Assembly (NCBI GenBank): GCA_964252035.1
Contig: OZ176208.1
DNA length: 64,000 bases
Direction: 5' to 3' (one strand)
Origin: Podarcis erhardii
Taxonomy: Eukaryota
A program made the position numbers and the translations under genes. Position 1 is the stretch's first letter, and every line of letters begins with the position of its first letter. The notes beneath the pieces were generated by a model. The model made no database searches. It was not told where the DNA came from and worked only from the letters and a program-made list of their open reading frames with translations. Below are positions 12,840 to 25,185 of the stretch, one piece after another.

Positions 12840-13273
12840 GGGTGCAATCCTGCCCCGCTAGTCAGCAATGACAGGGCTTGATGCAGCAGTGCAACCAATG
12901 CCGCCTTTAACAGCACTTGAACTGACTGAGACAAAAGTTATGGTGGGGAGGGAGGAAAGAGAAAAATGCCCTTTTGCTCCCATGTTGTTGCGCTGAAGAT
13001 ACCTGGACTGGGCCTGTCACCATCATATGAAGGCAGCAGGGTCCACACCAGAGCCAGCAGATGCTATGCTGGCCCAGCCTTTCCAGAGACATCCCATTTG
13101 GGGGAGTTCTGTCTATTGTCAGCAGCAATAACACTTCAGGTAGTTACTGCCTGCCAACCACTTGGGCAGGCACACCAGAGCACTCCTTACTGTCTATGGC
13201 AAATGTCCCCCACTGGTAGAGGCTGGTGGGGCAGGGCTAGGTGCAAGGACAGATTGGGGGTTTGGATTACTCT
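12840..13273. mobile_element. possible decayed PIF/Harbinger-type MITE
   Basis: tta|GGGTGCAATCC start and a degenerate GGATTACTCT end; no clean second TSD. Confidence 0.3.
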
Positions 13274-15206
13274 GTCCTCTGTCAATCTTTAAATTTCCAT
13301 TTTAGTAAACTGAAGCCAACAGTAACTTAGGTTGTTCTTGCACATAATGTTAAGCCATTGTCTATTTTAACCATGGTTGGTTCAACAGATTCGGCTGTGT
13401 CTTGCTGATGAGAAGTTGGCTGCTGGTGCTGACCTTGCCTTGTGCTTTTGTGGCAAGGCAAGTGTGTGGGGTGATGTGCCAAAACAAACCATAATTAAAC
13501 CAGGATAGTGGGTTTTGATGTCATGTAAAATCAGTCAGCACAAGATGAGATTTGCTAAACCATGATTTCATATTCAGGTTTATTGACTGGGGTGTGTTTA
13601 GAGGTACAAAGTACAATTAAGCTAAACAAATTACAGCTTAGTGGTGCATATAAACTCTGCTAGTGTGTAGCTTGTTTATATTGAAATAGTACACATTACA
13701 GTATAATATGTAGATCCACTTCTGTTTATTGTTGTGCATTTAACGTTTCCATACTAATATATTGACCTCAGCTACAGAAATTCCCATATATGATATATAG
13801 TTATTTATATACAGAAATGAGAGAGCTGCCATTTTGGCATAGCTGTCATATTGAAATATGCATTTTCCAAGATGGATCCACACCTGCAATAGAACATTAA
13901 TTTCTACAGTCCTGCAAAAGAGGACTGCCTTCTCACAGTTTTCAATTAGGATCTGTTTTGCTTTATGAAATGTGTTTCAAAAATTATTCTCTCTATATTC
14001 CTGTATGATGTGTGAAATTTTTGTATTGTATTATAACTAAATGTTGTTTTCAAAATAGCTGCTACTCACTTTAAGCTTCTTGCAAAAAGAAACGCTCCTG
14101 GTTTATTTGAAACTATGGATCCAGATGTTTCTGTGTGGCCTGGTGTGGTAGCTCTTTACTCCTCAGATGAGACCACATTTTGTGGTGTGGTAAGAGACCT
14201 GCATACAATTGACAGGCAATTCCGTACTATTTTAACATGTATGCCGTACTGAGTACTTGATGACATAAAATAAGTTACTAGAACGATGAGCCTTATTGAC
14301 ATCCATAGATTTTACAAATAACTTCTAAAACTATGGATAACTGTAAAGAAAAGTTTACATGAATGAAAGTTGCACTTTCTGTGTTATGAATGAGGTTTTT
14401 TATGAATATGATGAATGCATGTACAAGGAAGTAGGGATAATGTTTCTGGTGCAAAAAATGTACTTGCTTTAAACTGCGTTATGAAAATAAAGCATTACAT
14501 GAATGAAGCTATTTGCCTCTGAACCATTTTTTCTCCTTTAAAAGTAGTCTTTAATATTTAAATACTGAACTAGCATCCTTATTCAATGCACCAGAACAAA
14601 CATTGCCATTGATGTGAAATCACTTAGTTGCAAATAAGGCAGATTTGGTATGGTTCAAGCAGCTGCTCCTTTTTGACTCATGGATTTTGGAGATCTTCTT
14701 AATGGGCCAGCATGGTTGCTTTTTGCCCTTTTGGGGGGTTTTCGCAGGGTTTTTTTCCTGTGTTTGGCCATAAAGGCAGAAGTACACAATTGTGTTGTTT
14801 TGCCTCTCTAGCAGGGCCTCTAATTGGCCCATTTTATCTTGACTTTCTGGTGGCCAGAGCATTCCTTAATAGCCAGCCACAAGTGGGCTTCTGCTGCTGG
14901 GGATGGTGGGTGGGGCAAAGGTCTGCAACCGCCACCCACCTGAGAAGGGTGAGTGGCCATTATAATCTCTCTCCTTCCCTCCCCCCAGCCCACCCTTTCA
15001 TTTAAATCCATGCAAAATAGCACTTGGTTATTTCTGGTTGATTTTGAACAGACAAATTGACTGAGACAGAAACAGTTAAGCAAACCTCTCTCCTGGTTTA
15101 TCTTGACCCATAAGGCATGCGCATGAGTAACGTAACTGTTTACTGAAGAAATCTCTCAGGTAACAGAGATAAACAGTCTCTTCTCTCTTTACCAGTTATA
15201 CTTATA

Positions 15207-15582
15207 TGGACCATCCAGTATATCTGAAGGAGCATCTCCACCCCCATCATTCTCCCCGGACACTGAGGTCCAGTGCAGAGGGCCTTCTGGTGGTTCCCTC
15301 ACTGCGAGAAGTCAAATTACTGGGAACCAGGCAGAGGGCCTTCACGGTAGTGGCGCCCACCCTGTGGAACACCCTCCCACTAGATGTCAAAGAGAACAAC
15401 AACTACTAGACTTTTAGAAGACATATGAAGGCAGCCCTGTTTAGGGAAGCTTTTAATGTTTGATGCATTACAGTATTTTAATATTTTGTTGGAAGCTGCC
15501 CAGAGTGGCTGGGGAAACCCAGCCAGATGGGTGGGGTATTAATAAATTGTTGTTGTTGTTGTTGTTATTGTTATTATTATTT
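15207..15582 (+). mobile_element. L2 LINE 3' end
   Basis: ORF2 C-terminal peptide RAFTVVAPTLWNTLPLDVK..*TFRRHMKAALFREAF, then 3' UTR and (TTG/TTA)n tail; same family as 38822-39233. Confidence 0.85.
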
Positions 15583-15742
15583 ATCCATCCCATTTCACTT
15601 TCATTTATCTTCAGTAGTTAGAGATGAGGCTGAAATATGAAGCAAAAGGGTGTGGCTATGGTAACCTAGGTCTATATAAACTGACACAAAATTGTAAGAA
15701 TATAAGAATTTACTATCCAGCAGGGTAAGCCCTGCTTAACAC

Positions 15743-15743
<1 letters not shown>

Positions 15744-15804
<61 letters not shown>

Positions 15805-15812
15805 CACACACA
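15744..15812. repeat. (CA)n microsatellite, about 34 units, one interruption
   Basis: Directly visible. Confidence 0.97.
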
Positions 15813-16689
15813 GCGGTTAAAAGCCATCTTTGGGGAACTTCCCAAGTGCCCTCCATCAACCTAGGTTGTTTGAGGAGCCAGTACTTCCACAGGGCGGCAC
15901 ATGAGGAGTTAAAGCATGCAGCGGGGAGGCAACAAGGAAGGTTGTCACCTGCAGAGGGTTGGGCTGGTTGAGACAACAGAGGGGTGGGGCAGGCTGCCGT
16001 GAGAGCTGCATGGGGCTTTCAAGGCAGAGCCAGCCCCTGGGTGACTCATCCCCACCCCAGCGCACCTGTCTAGGGGTCTCTCATAAAGAGGAAGAGGTAA
16101 AGCTGGCTGAGGTAAGTAAGTGCCTTTCTCTTCTACTCTGGGATTGCGTATGTTTTGCTTTCCTTCCTCTGTGGTTGCCCTGAGGTGCAAACTGCTCAAG
16201 TCTCCTCTTTCTCCAACTTCCTCTTCATTGCCCGAGGGAGGGAGCGAGCGAGCGAGCTGAGGTTAGGCAGCCAGGTACTTTCCAAAGAGAGCAAACGAGT
16301 TGAATTCCGCTTTGATAAATTGCCCTTCCTGTGCACCTGAAATTGAAGTGCTTCTTCCCTGTTCTCATCTACTTCTCCTGCATGAAGTGTTTAAAGTCCA
16401 CTGACTTTCCCCCTCCTTTTGCAATCACACACAGAACTTTCTTAGATTATTCCACTTCCCACGTTCCATAACAAATAACTCTGCAGCTGTAGACTCTAAA
16501 ATATCTAAACACTTAAAAAAAAAAACCAAAAAAAACCCCAGAAGGATTGTTCACAAACTTAGCTTTTGGTGGTGGTGGTGGGGACTTTCTGTAAGAGAGA
16601 TCAGCAATAACAGTGTCTCCTATTATGCAACACACAATTCATCCTTTGAGTGTGGAGCTGCCCTTTCTCGTGGCAAGTTTCACATCCCA

Positions 16690-16780
16690 GTGCCAAAACA
16701 AGTCTTGTGGCAACTTGGAGACTAATGGATATATTATGATCTAAGCTTTTGCAGACCTGAGTCCACGTCATCAGATGCAT
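16690..16780 (-). mobile_element. older Penelope-like terminal fragment with decayed hammerhead motif
   Basis: Minus strand reads GCAT-CTGATGA-C-GTGGAC-TCAG-GTCTGC-AAAA-GCTT..ttagtctccaagttgccacaagac. Confidence 0.55.
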
Positions 16781-16963
16781 GAAGTGTTCTCCTAAATTGG
16801 CAGGAATAGGTATAATTTTTATATACGCGTATGGTGGAGGAGGGAAAACTGTAAGACAGGTTAAAATGGGAAATGAAATGGCAAAAAATACACACTATGA
16901 CAAGATTAATGCTGGAAACATATATAAAATGGCTAGATACAAAGCACTCCTTATGATGAGTTA

Positions 16964-17153
16964 CAGATAGGTAGCCGTGTTGGTCTGCCATAGTCAAAAC
17001 AAAATAAAAAAATTCCTTCCAGTAGCACCTTAAAGACCAACTAAGTTAGTTCTTGGTATGAGCTTTCGTGTGCATGCACACGAAAGCTCATACCAAGAAC
17101 TAACTTAGTTGGTCTTTAAGGTGCTACTGGAAGGAATTTTTTTATTTTGTTTT
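16964..17153 (-). mobile_element. Penelope-like fold-back insertion, copy 2
   Basis: Perfect 158-bp palindrome 16996-17153; 16-bp TSD TCCTTATGATGAGTTA at 16948-16963 and 17154-17169. Confidence 0.85.
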
Positions 17154-18367
17154 TCCTTATGATGAGTTAGTTGTGCTATAATGTTTGCTTTAATTGACAC
17201 TAGAAGGAGAATAAAAGCCCATTATTTCAATTCAAGCCACATGTGGGGAAATTGGACTTCTTGGTCAATTAGGTAATACTCAAGGTGCCAGAAGGCTCTT
17301 GTGTTTCCTGCAACAGACTAACAGATATTTCCATTGCCAGTAGCTCACTTGTATGGGGCGGGAGCAGGAAGAGAAGTACAGCTGCTTTGCTTTCCTTAGA
17401 TCAAAGACTATTCCTCAAAATTGATAATGGCACTGCACTTCCCAGAGTGGCAGTGGTGCCCTTGGGACAAGACTTTATCTCACTGCACCACTGCTGCGTG
17501 GTGAGAAGTGTTGGTGCAAGGAAAAAATACATATATGTGAATGGAGAATTGCTGGATGCCAAGATAAAGTTTAGGGCAAATACTCTTTGGTGAGAGAACC
17601 TCAGCAGATTTAAAATAACAAAATATGCCACTAAGTAAAACATGGAAATATAGGCTGTTAAACCTTTAACATAGGTGATTGGGAGTTCTAAAACGCCCCT
17701 CTTCTCCTAGCATAGAAAACTACCACATGTTTGGTAAGTTAAAATGGTTTACTTACAAACTCTCCAAAGGTCAGATTCATGTGCTTTTCTATACAGCATT
17801 CAGAAAAGTTTGCACAGGCAGTAAAACCTGGCTTAGTTGCAGTGGTGAAAGTTCCTAAACTGTTAATATGTGAATATGAGTGTCCTGTAAGAGCCATGCG
17901 GTTGAGCAGGACCAGCGCAATCTCTTCACATGGTGAGCTTCTCAAGTAGTCTGCAGGGAAACCAAAGTTTGATTACCTAGTCACTTCCAAGGTGAGCTAA
18001 GCCCTCCATGCATTAATTAGACTTATGCATGTCGGTTATATGAGATTGGTTATCCCACAAAAAAGTATCAAGGATACGGTTACAGTGCCTGGGTTTGTTG
18101 GAACAGGAGAGCTCTGGAGGGTGCCCTCATAATATTTAGCTTATTTACAAAGCTAAAAGCAAAGCAGAAATGAAGGCAAACAGGTGCTCTCTCATAGCAT
18201 TATCCATTATCTTACATCAAATCTCCCGTGAGAGTCTGTACTTCAAGATTCTTCAGCCAACTCACAGTGTTCTCTGACCTGTCAGCTGCAAATCTGTTTC
18301 CAGCCATTCTCTAGAGCAAAACTGTGGTGGAAGGCTCAAACACACAGCAAGCACAGAACTATTTCTT

Positions 18368-18563
18368 GAAGAAGAAGAAGAAGAAGAAGAAGAAGAAGAA
18401 GAAGAAGAAGAAGAAGAAGAAGAAGAGTAGTTTGGATTTGAGAGACTTCAAAGAAGTGTGACTAGCCCAAGGCCACCCAGCAGCTGCATGTGGAGGAGCG
18501 GAGACGCAAACCCGGTTCACCAGATCACGAGACTACCGCTCTTTACCACTACACCACACTGGC
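18368..18563 (-). mobile_element. internally deleted CORE-type SINE with expanded (GAA)19 tail
   Basis: Reverse complement matches 8135-8381 apart from a 98-nt deletion; (GAA)19 at 18368-18424. Confidence 0.85.
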
Positions 18564-19155
18564 TCTCAGTCACAAGACACAGTCTTGTGTCTGCAGATTC
18601 TCTCATTTTTGAAAGCTCTAATGTATTTTCCTGCTGATATCTATTGCATATAATGGAAGTGTGAAGATAAGGAAGAAATCTGTATTATTTGGAATTTTGT
18701 TTGCTTGTGTCTTTTGTTATTTGGAAACAGGGTACAAATGAACTATTTGAGTTTTGCATCAGTATATTTTAAACCTGAAAGTTCCATGTTTTCTATATTG
18801 ATATCAAATATAGGGATCTCCTAAAAATATAAAGATGTCTTTGTTTTTTAAAAAATGCCATTCCGGCCCATTTAAGTTTTTGTTTATGTTTTCTAATTAC
18901 ATATTTACTGGATAAAGATGTCCAGCTCTCTCCATATGCAGAGAATCCAAAGCTTAATGTGTCTGGATATTGGAAGATTGTCCATACTATTAATGGAATG
19001 GCATGTGAACAATTTGTCAGATGATGCTTGTTGAAGTGCTTATGAGTTTTCTTGCATCTTCTGTTCAGGAAAACCCACAAGGACAGCCTTCTCTTGAACA
19101 ACCTCGGTGCTTCTTCCCAATTTGAACAGACGTGGCAATTGGTGGATTAGCTGAA

Positions 19156-19320
19156 ATGGATCGCTACAGATATTTCATCTTCAATCAGAAAAGTATGGTT
19201 CTGTTGGGGCTCCTCCAGATAGCTTGTGCTACAGTTTGTATCATCGGTGGATTAATTGATGGTGCTTTCAGAAGGGACTCAGCACTGAGCAAATCTAGGA
19301 TACCCATCTGGGCTGGAGTG
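19156..19320 (+). CDS. CD20/MS4A-like gene, coding exon 1
   Basis: Acceptor at 19068|19069; ATG at 19156; MDRYRYFIFNQKSMVLLGLLQIACATVCIIGGLIDGAFRRDSALSKSRIPIWAGV; GTG|gtaagc. Confidence 0.85.
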
Positions 19321-19726
19321 GTAAGCTATATAAACTCTACCCCCCTACACACCCTTTTTATTAACAATGTATAAAGTTATAAAATCAAATTTCAATTGAA
19401 ATGCTTGCTGCAATAAAAAAAGTATTCAGTAGATTTCGGAAGTACAGCAGGGAGGGTTGTACAATTTAGTATGATAAAGGGAATTTGTTCACTGTTCTAG
19501 GGAATTTGTGGTTCTATATTCCACAAGCCAGAATCTCTCTCCCCCCCCCCACTGGACAGTGTGGTGGGGCTTTGCCCAGCCGCTGGGAGACCCCTGTTGC
19601 TGAGAATATGCCCTTAAAGAGTCCCTCCCCCATTGCAGGGGTGACAGCAGAGCATTTGGTCTCAGGTGCTGAAACACCTTGGGCTGTCCCTGAGTGCTGG
19701 CCTAGTTTTGTGGTAAGAGCCTAGAG

Positions 19727-19862
19727 CAGGCTTCCTCAACCTCGGCCCTCCAGATGTTTTGAGACTACAATTCCCATCATCCCCGACCACTGGTCCTGCT
19801 AGCTAAGGATCATGGGAGTTGTAGGCCAAAAACATCTGGAGGGCTGAGGTTGAGGAAGCCTG
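19727..19862. mobile_element. hAT-type MITE
   Basis: TIR CAGGCTTCCTCAACCTC / GAGGTTGAGGAAGCCTG; perfect 8-bp TSD GCCTAGAG at 19719-19726 and 19863-19870. Confidence 0.92.
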
Positions 19863-20204
19863 GCCTAGAGGGCAAGTGTGATTGCAGCTGCCTTTGATAT
19901 CTGACTTGCATCTCCTCAATTTGGAAGTGGGGGAGCTGAGGATCAGGCTCACAGAAGGAATGCTCTGGACTGGTCTGGGTGAGAGAAGAATGAGGACTCT
20001 TCTTTCTCCTGGGAAACATCGGAGAATTTAATGTTTTTTGGAGATAAAATAACTGGAAGGGGGAATTGATTTATGGTGTTTGCACTTCATATGGCTTGTG
20101 GTCTTAGGCTGGTTGCTTATCTCCGTCTTCTCCAGTGCTCCATTTCCAGCTGTGGCCAGTCAAATGCCAATGGGAAGTTTTTTCTGTTTATATATTTAAA
20201 CTAT

Positions 20205-20400
20205 TTCCCACCTGTTCTTCAATGCCAAGGCAAACCCTAAGCAGGTTACATTAAAACCAATAGAAATCCAAATCAACAATGTAGTAGATGCCTCCAAAAG
20301 CCTGGGCAAATAAGTGATTCTTCACCTGGGGCTGAAAACTCAAATTGTGAGTTAGAAGAAATTCCATAATTGTGGGGCTGATAACAAGAAGGCCCTGTCT
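20205..20400 (-). mobile_element. decayed L2 3' fragment
   Basis: Resembles the reverse L2 tail pattern (aaagcctggg.aaa.aag, ttcca.a.ttgtggggc..aagaaggccct). Confidence 0.45.
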
Positions 20401-21484
20401 TACATTTTTGCCTGCAGGAACTTATGAGGGGGACATGTTTGTTTTCCACATTTGATATTCAGAAATATTTTGCTTTCAACATGGAGATTTCATTTAGCTA
20501 GTGAAGTTGAAAGGAGGGGGCACCCATAGGTGAAGCTGGTGTTTTGAGTGGGTGGGGCTAATTGGGAGAGTGGATGATACTTGTAGGACCTCTACTTTAC
20601 CTAAGGAGGGGAGAACAGGACTGAGAAAAGTGAATGATTTCCGGGAGAAAATTGCATTGCAGAAGCTGAACTGTTCAGATTCTACTAGCTGATTGTAGTA
20701 ATTACAAACACTATTTTAGGGTGGTACATGGGAGCTGTGGTGGTGATGCTACAAGCAAGAAGAAGCTGGGATTGTTAGTAGTGACTTCAAATAATTTAGT
20801 GGCAGCATTTTACTATGGTACAATCACTTTGCTGTAATAATTTTTTTACTTTTTCTTTTCTTGGGTCCCAAGCTAATGTTAGAAATGCAATGGGTGAAAG
20901 TATGATTTACACTTTGAAAGGTGCACATCTAATATGCCTCCTTGGTGTGTTTCACATACCCAACTCCTTGCCCTTGTAGCATGGCGGGCTAGTGATCTGA
21001 TAGCTGTCGATTACTTTACTATCCTCATGTGTCAATCACATTTTCACCTATATAAGAAAAAGCATCTGGTGAAATTGACCAAGAATCTTCAGCCCACGTT
21101 TAACAGCCAGTTGAACAATTACGTTCCCTCTCTAGTGTCAAAATGACCTTCTCTGAAATCGTGCCTAAAGGAAAGATGTTTACTTACTATGGAATAAACC
21201 ACGTTCAGCCTTTGTGCTTCATAGATCTGCTGGTTGTTGATCGGGAGCTGGTGTCTTAGAAACCACTTGCCAACCAGTGTATTTATATTTATACACTGCT
21301 TAACTACAATCATATTTAAGTGGTTTACGAGGATGTAACAAAAAAGTAAAAATCAGTTAAAACTATAAAATAAAACCTGTAGTTTGTTTTCATCTTCCTG
21401 AAGTTAATGTTTTTTCACTTCTTTTTATATGCTAAAGTTGGGCATTGCCCCCCAACTTAATCCCCTTTACCTTTTGTTTTGTAG

Positions 21485-21544
21485 TTTATGGCTATTCCTG
21501 GAATTATGGCTTTGTTTTCTTCAATGAGAAAGAATCCTGTTTTG
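21485..21544 (+). CDS. CD20/MS4A-like gene, coding exon 2
   Basis: ttttgtag|TTT, TTG|gtatgt; FMAIPGIMALFSSMRKNPVL completes TM2. Confidence 0.8.
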
Positions 21545-21639
21545 GTATGTTTCTATTGTATTTTGTTTAAAGTGGATGGGGACAAATCATACAGCCGACT
21601 TTCTATAAGTAATAAATACACACACCTTTTATTTACATA

Positions 21640-22080
21640 ACTTTTACTTCATGTCTGAGGGGCAGATGGGGCTCATCAATATGGGAAGGTAGCCCATCTA
21701 GGAGAAGGAAAACTCTGATCCTAAATGTCTGCTGCTTTGCAGGGTATATTTGGGAAAAGAAAAGGCTAAAGAGTAAACCCTACAAAAATCTGGAGTGGAG
21801 TCCCTAAGATGGTTGGATGGCACCTTGTATGCCTCCTTCTAGCAACTCCTGCAGCCAAGTTGGTGCCAAACATATTGCTCTACTTTCATTTGGGACCACA
21901 TCAACAAGGCTGAGATGGAGGTTCTTATCATATGGGTAGCCCAGGACCCCCATACACACTGCCCAGGCTTGCACCCCTGGGAGGTCACTTTGGTGCTGCA
22001 CAGTGGTTTGACTTCACCCCCGAAGGCACACTCCATTGTCCCTCGAGACAGATGGAGGCCAACAAAAAGCAACAACAAAC
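21640..22080 (+). mobile_element. probable RTE-related non-autonomous retroelement
   Basis: ggagaaggaaaactctgatcctaaa motif near the start; ends gagacagatggaggccaac plus (CAA)-like tail; family recalled, not verified. Confidence 0.4.
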
Positions 22081-23332
22081 TTTAATCTCTGCCCTGAAGT
22101 GTTTGGAGATATACATCATAGGCTACAATTAAAGTGATCATACATGTATGATTTTGGGGTTTAGAGTTTAAAAATCACAACAGATTAAAGGTCTCAAGGA
22201 GGACCACTTCAACAGCAGTTCAAAATTTCTTCAGTCTGTCTCTAAATTCATCAATCATTCTCTCTGTGTTGCTCCAAATGGCTGGATTGTAGTAACACAT
22301 TACAGTTGAAAGGTAAGAATATACATGTTTTAGAAAACACAGCACAAATTTTATCTATACATATGTAAAATTATTATTTATGTTAAAGGGGAGGGAATAA
22401 AATTCCTAACCACCTTTTCCACCTTTGGCCTTCAACCCCCTTTACATAGCAAGCACAATGGTAGTTTTTGGGCATGTTTTTAAACACCCATAATTGGAGT
22501 TCCCAGACATGGATGTTTAAAAGATCCATGCACATCATCCATACTTTGAGCATTAACTGACCTTGGGTGATGGTTGTAATGGATGAAGTAGAAATGGGTC
22601 TTAGTTAAGCCTAAAACCTGCTGGGAAAACACAGCAGCTGACCTGCTGTAACTGGTCACCATCACCTTCTCAAATCTAGACTGGATGGTAATGTCAAATT
22701 GTGTGATTTTGTGTGATTCCTGGAGGGGTCCTTTGCTCACTCAGAAGTGGAACAGACCAGACCAGCAGCTGGGTCAGCCAATCTCTTTCTAATGAATGCA
22801 GCACAACATTCCCCACTTAACTTATTTTGATCCACTATGCTGCTTTCCTAGAAAATCTGAATGGTTTCTACCTATTTGGTTTCTTGGCTGCCTTGGTAAC
22901 ATCCCTTCTGTTGATTGCCCAAATCCACAGATATCTTTGCTCAGTACTTTTTGTTCTTTCTGGCAGCTTTATTGCTTCTAAGAAAGTCCCATACATTTAA
23001 ACTGATCTTGCTTCCAAGAAAGGCATGTGTGAGAATAGGCTTAAAACATCAAACACCTGCACACACTCCCTAAAAACACAAGATGAAATATAAATATAAG
23101 TATGTTGATTTCCATTTACAGTAATTAGGAAAGGAAAGGTTTGATTTTCACTGATTCATACCCACATTTCGGAAATTGTATTGTGAATGCATGTTCCCTC
23201 AAAGACACTGGAAAATAAATTACTGTAGTGTACAAAGATTGCATAAGAGGCATATGTGGAATTATTTTTCATCCTTTGACTTGAAGCCCAAATTTAACTC
23301 TGGTCTTCTCTATCCCCATACCTTTTGTACAG

Positions 23333-23470
23333 GTGAATGCAATGATAATTGCTTCTGTATTTTCCTGCTTTGTCACTCTACTTGTAATCATCTATACATC
23401 TATAACATTAGAGTATGGTGAAAAATATGAAGAGTTTGACAATGTGTCCTCTTATCATCACCCAGCCGTT
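23333..23470 (+). CDS. CD20/MS4A-like gene, coding exon 3
   Basis: acag|GTG, GTT|gtaagt; VNAMIIASVFSCFVTLLVIIYTSITLEYGEKYEEFDNVSSYHHPAV. Confidence 0.85.
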
Positions 23471-24044
23471 GTAAGTATCAAACTATCCAGTTTCTGCCCT
23501 TTTGAATACATTGCACACAGTTTAGGAGCGACAGAGTAACTAGCACACCCAAAGGTCTGTCACTCACATCAGTTAGGGCAGAAGATGGTGCAGGAAAATC
23601 TATGTGTGTTTCTTTACTGAACAAGGTCCAGGCTGGCACAGCAGAGGCAAAATCATTGGATGGCTCAACTCTGCTCCCTTCTTGGTCCTGAAATGCCTTT
23701 TATGGCAGGTATTGTTGGGAGTTCCATAGTAAAGGATGCCTCCTACTGGCACAGGCACCGGGGGCAGATCAGGGTTTGGTGTGCCTTATATATATTACTT
23801 TCATTTTATCCACCCAATTTGAGGATATTAATTGACACCATCAGTTTGTATATATGTATAAATCATAGATGTGGTTCCTCAACTATTTATCAATTACTAT
23901 TTATTTTTGTTTTTCACTTGTCATTCCTTTTCATGTAAAATAATTAAAATATAAAAAAGAGAGTTTCCAGGTGTTTTAAAAACAATACCCACACCACTTC
24001 CAAGGTTGGATAAAGGGTGTGTGTGCTCATTTTCTGTGTTGCAG

Positions 24045-24191
24045 GCATTTGTGCTTGGTAAACTTGTAGAAGGAGCCAACATCACACTACTGATTGCATC
24101 GCTTTTCAGTGCTTTTATTGTGCTGATTATTGCTTATCTGAGTTGCCGAAGTCTTCCATGTTGTTCATGCTATGACAGTGTCACTGGACTT
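24045..24191 (+). CDS. CD20/MS4A-like gene, coding exon 4
   Basis: gcag|GCA, CTT|gtaagt; AFVLGKLVEGANITLLIASLFSAFIVLIIAYLSCRSLPCCSCYDSVTGL. Confidence 0.87.
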
Positions 24192-25124
24192 GTAAGTAGC
24201 AACATTGCCATTAAAAATGGTGGGTTTACTTGTCTTGTACTGGGAAGGAAAGCCTTTGGGGATTCTGTAAAAACATTTTTGGACAGTTTGATATGACGTT
24301 GCCGTATTTCCTTAACCCCCTTCAACTAGTTAAGCCCAAAATGCACACAAAACTAATTTTTTGAATTGTCATTTGGAAAAAAATGATTTGTGGACACCTC
24401 ATATTATAGCACTGTATACACTAAACAACTATGAACCTCATCAGTGCTTGATGGTAAATAACTGCCATCCTTATATAAGCTTCTGTGCACTTCCTAAGGA
24501 GTGGGGTATAAATTGTATATAACTGCCCCTTCTGCATGTTTTTCTTGACAGGTGTGTGCATGAAATGTTTTTTACTAGGTTCACAGTTCTATGGGTGGTA
24601 TTCAGCTAAGTTTAATTCAGAGTAGATCCTTTGAAATTAATGAACTTGACTAAATAAGTTCCATTAATTTCAGTCAGTGTACCCTGAGTGAATGCCACCC
24701 CTTGTGTTTAAGATTTGCCAATTATGTAGCATTTACCACTTCTAAGGATGACCTCTCATTGTTTGATAAGTGCCATATTTATGCATCTCTTAGATATGTT
24801 TGTTCAGCTTGTTATCAGGTTTATTAAATGTAAATGGTTTGAAATAAATATCTTAATTATGATGATGGTAGCTGCAAAAAAATTAAGAAATACTTTTGTA
24901 AAGGAAAATACGGTAAACTGTCTTGGGCATTATACGATGAATAGCTTCTTTTTCTTGAACTGCAGAACTTTTTATTTTTAGTCTTGTTCATTATTATACC
25001 ATTGCAATTACTTTTGGTAACCAAATTACAAAATGAAACCGTGTTTGTCTCGAAGACTGCACATTCTAAGATCAGTGCTATTCTCAGGTGAACCTATTTA
25101 GCAATCTCATGCTTTCATTCTTAG

Positions 25125-25185
25125 GAACAGCTAGAATCTAATGAAGACCAGCTACAAATTGCGGAATTAGTTTGCATTCCATCTG
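25125..25185 (+). CDS. CD20/MS4A-like gene, coding exon 5
   Basis: ttag|GAA, CTG|gtatgt (phase 1); EQLESNEDQLQIAELVCIPS. Confidence 0.7.

Noticed and set aside
16082-16088. CATAAAG as a TATA box
   Set aside because: The expected start site would coincide with the donor at 16112, leaving no exon
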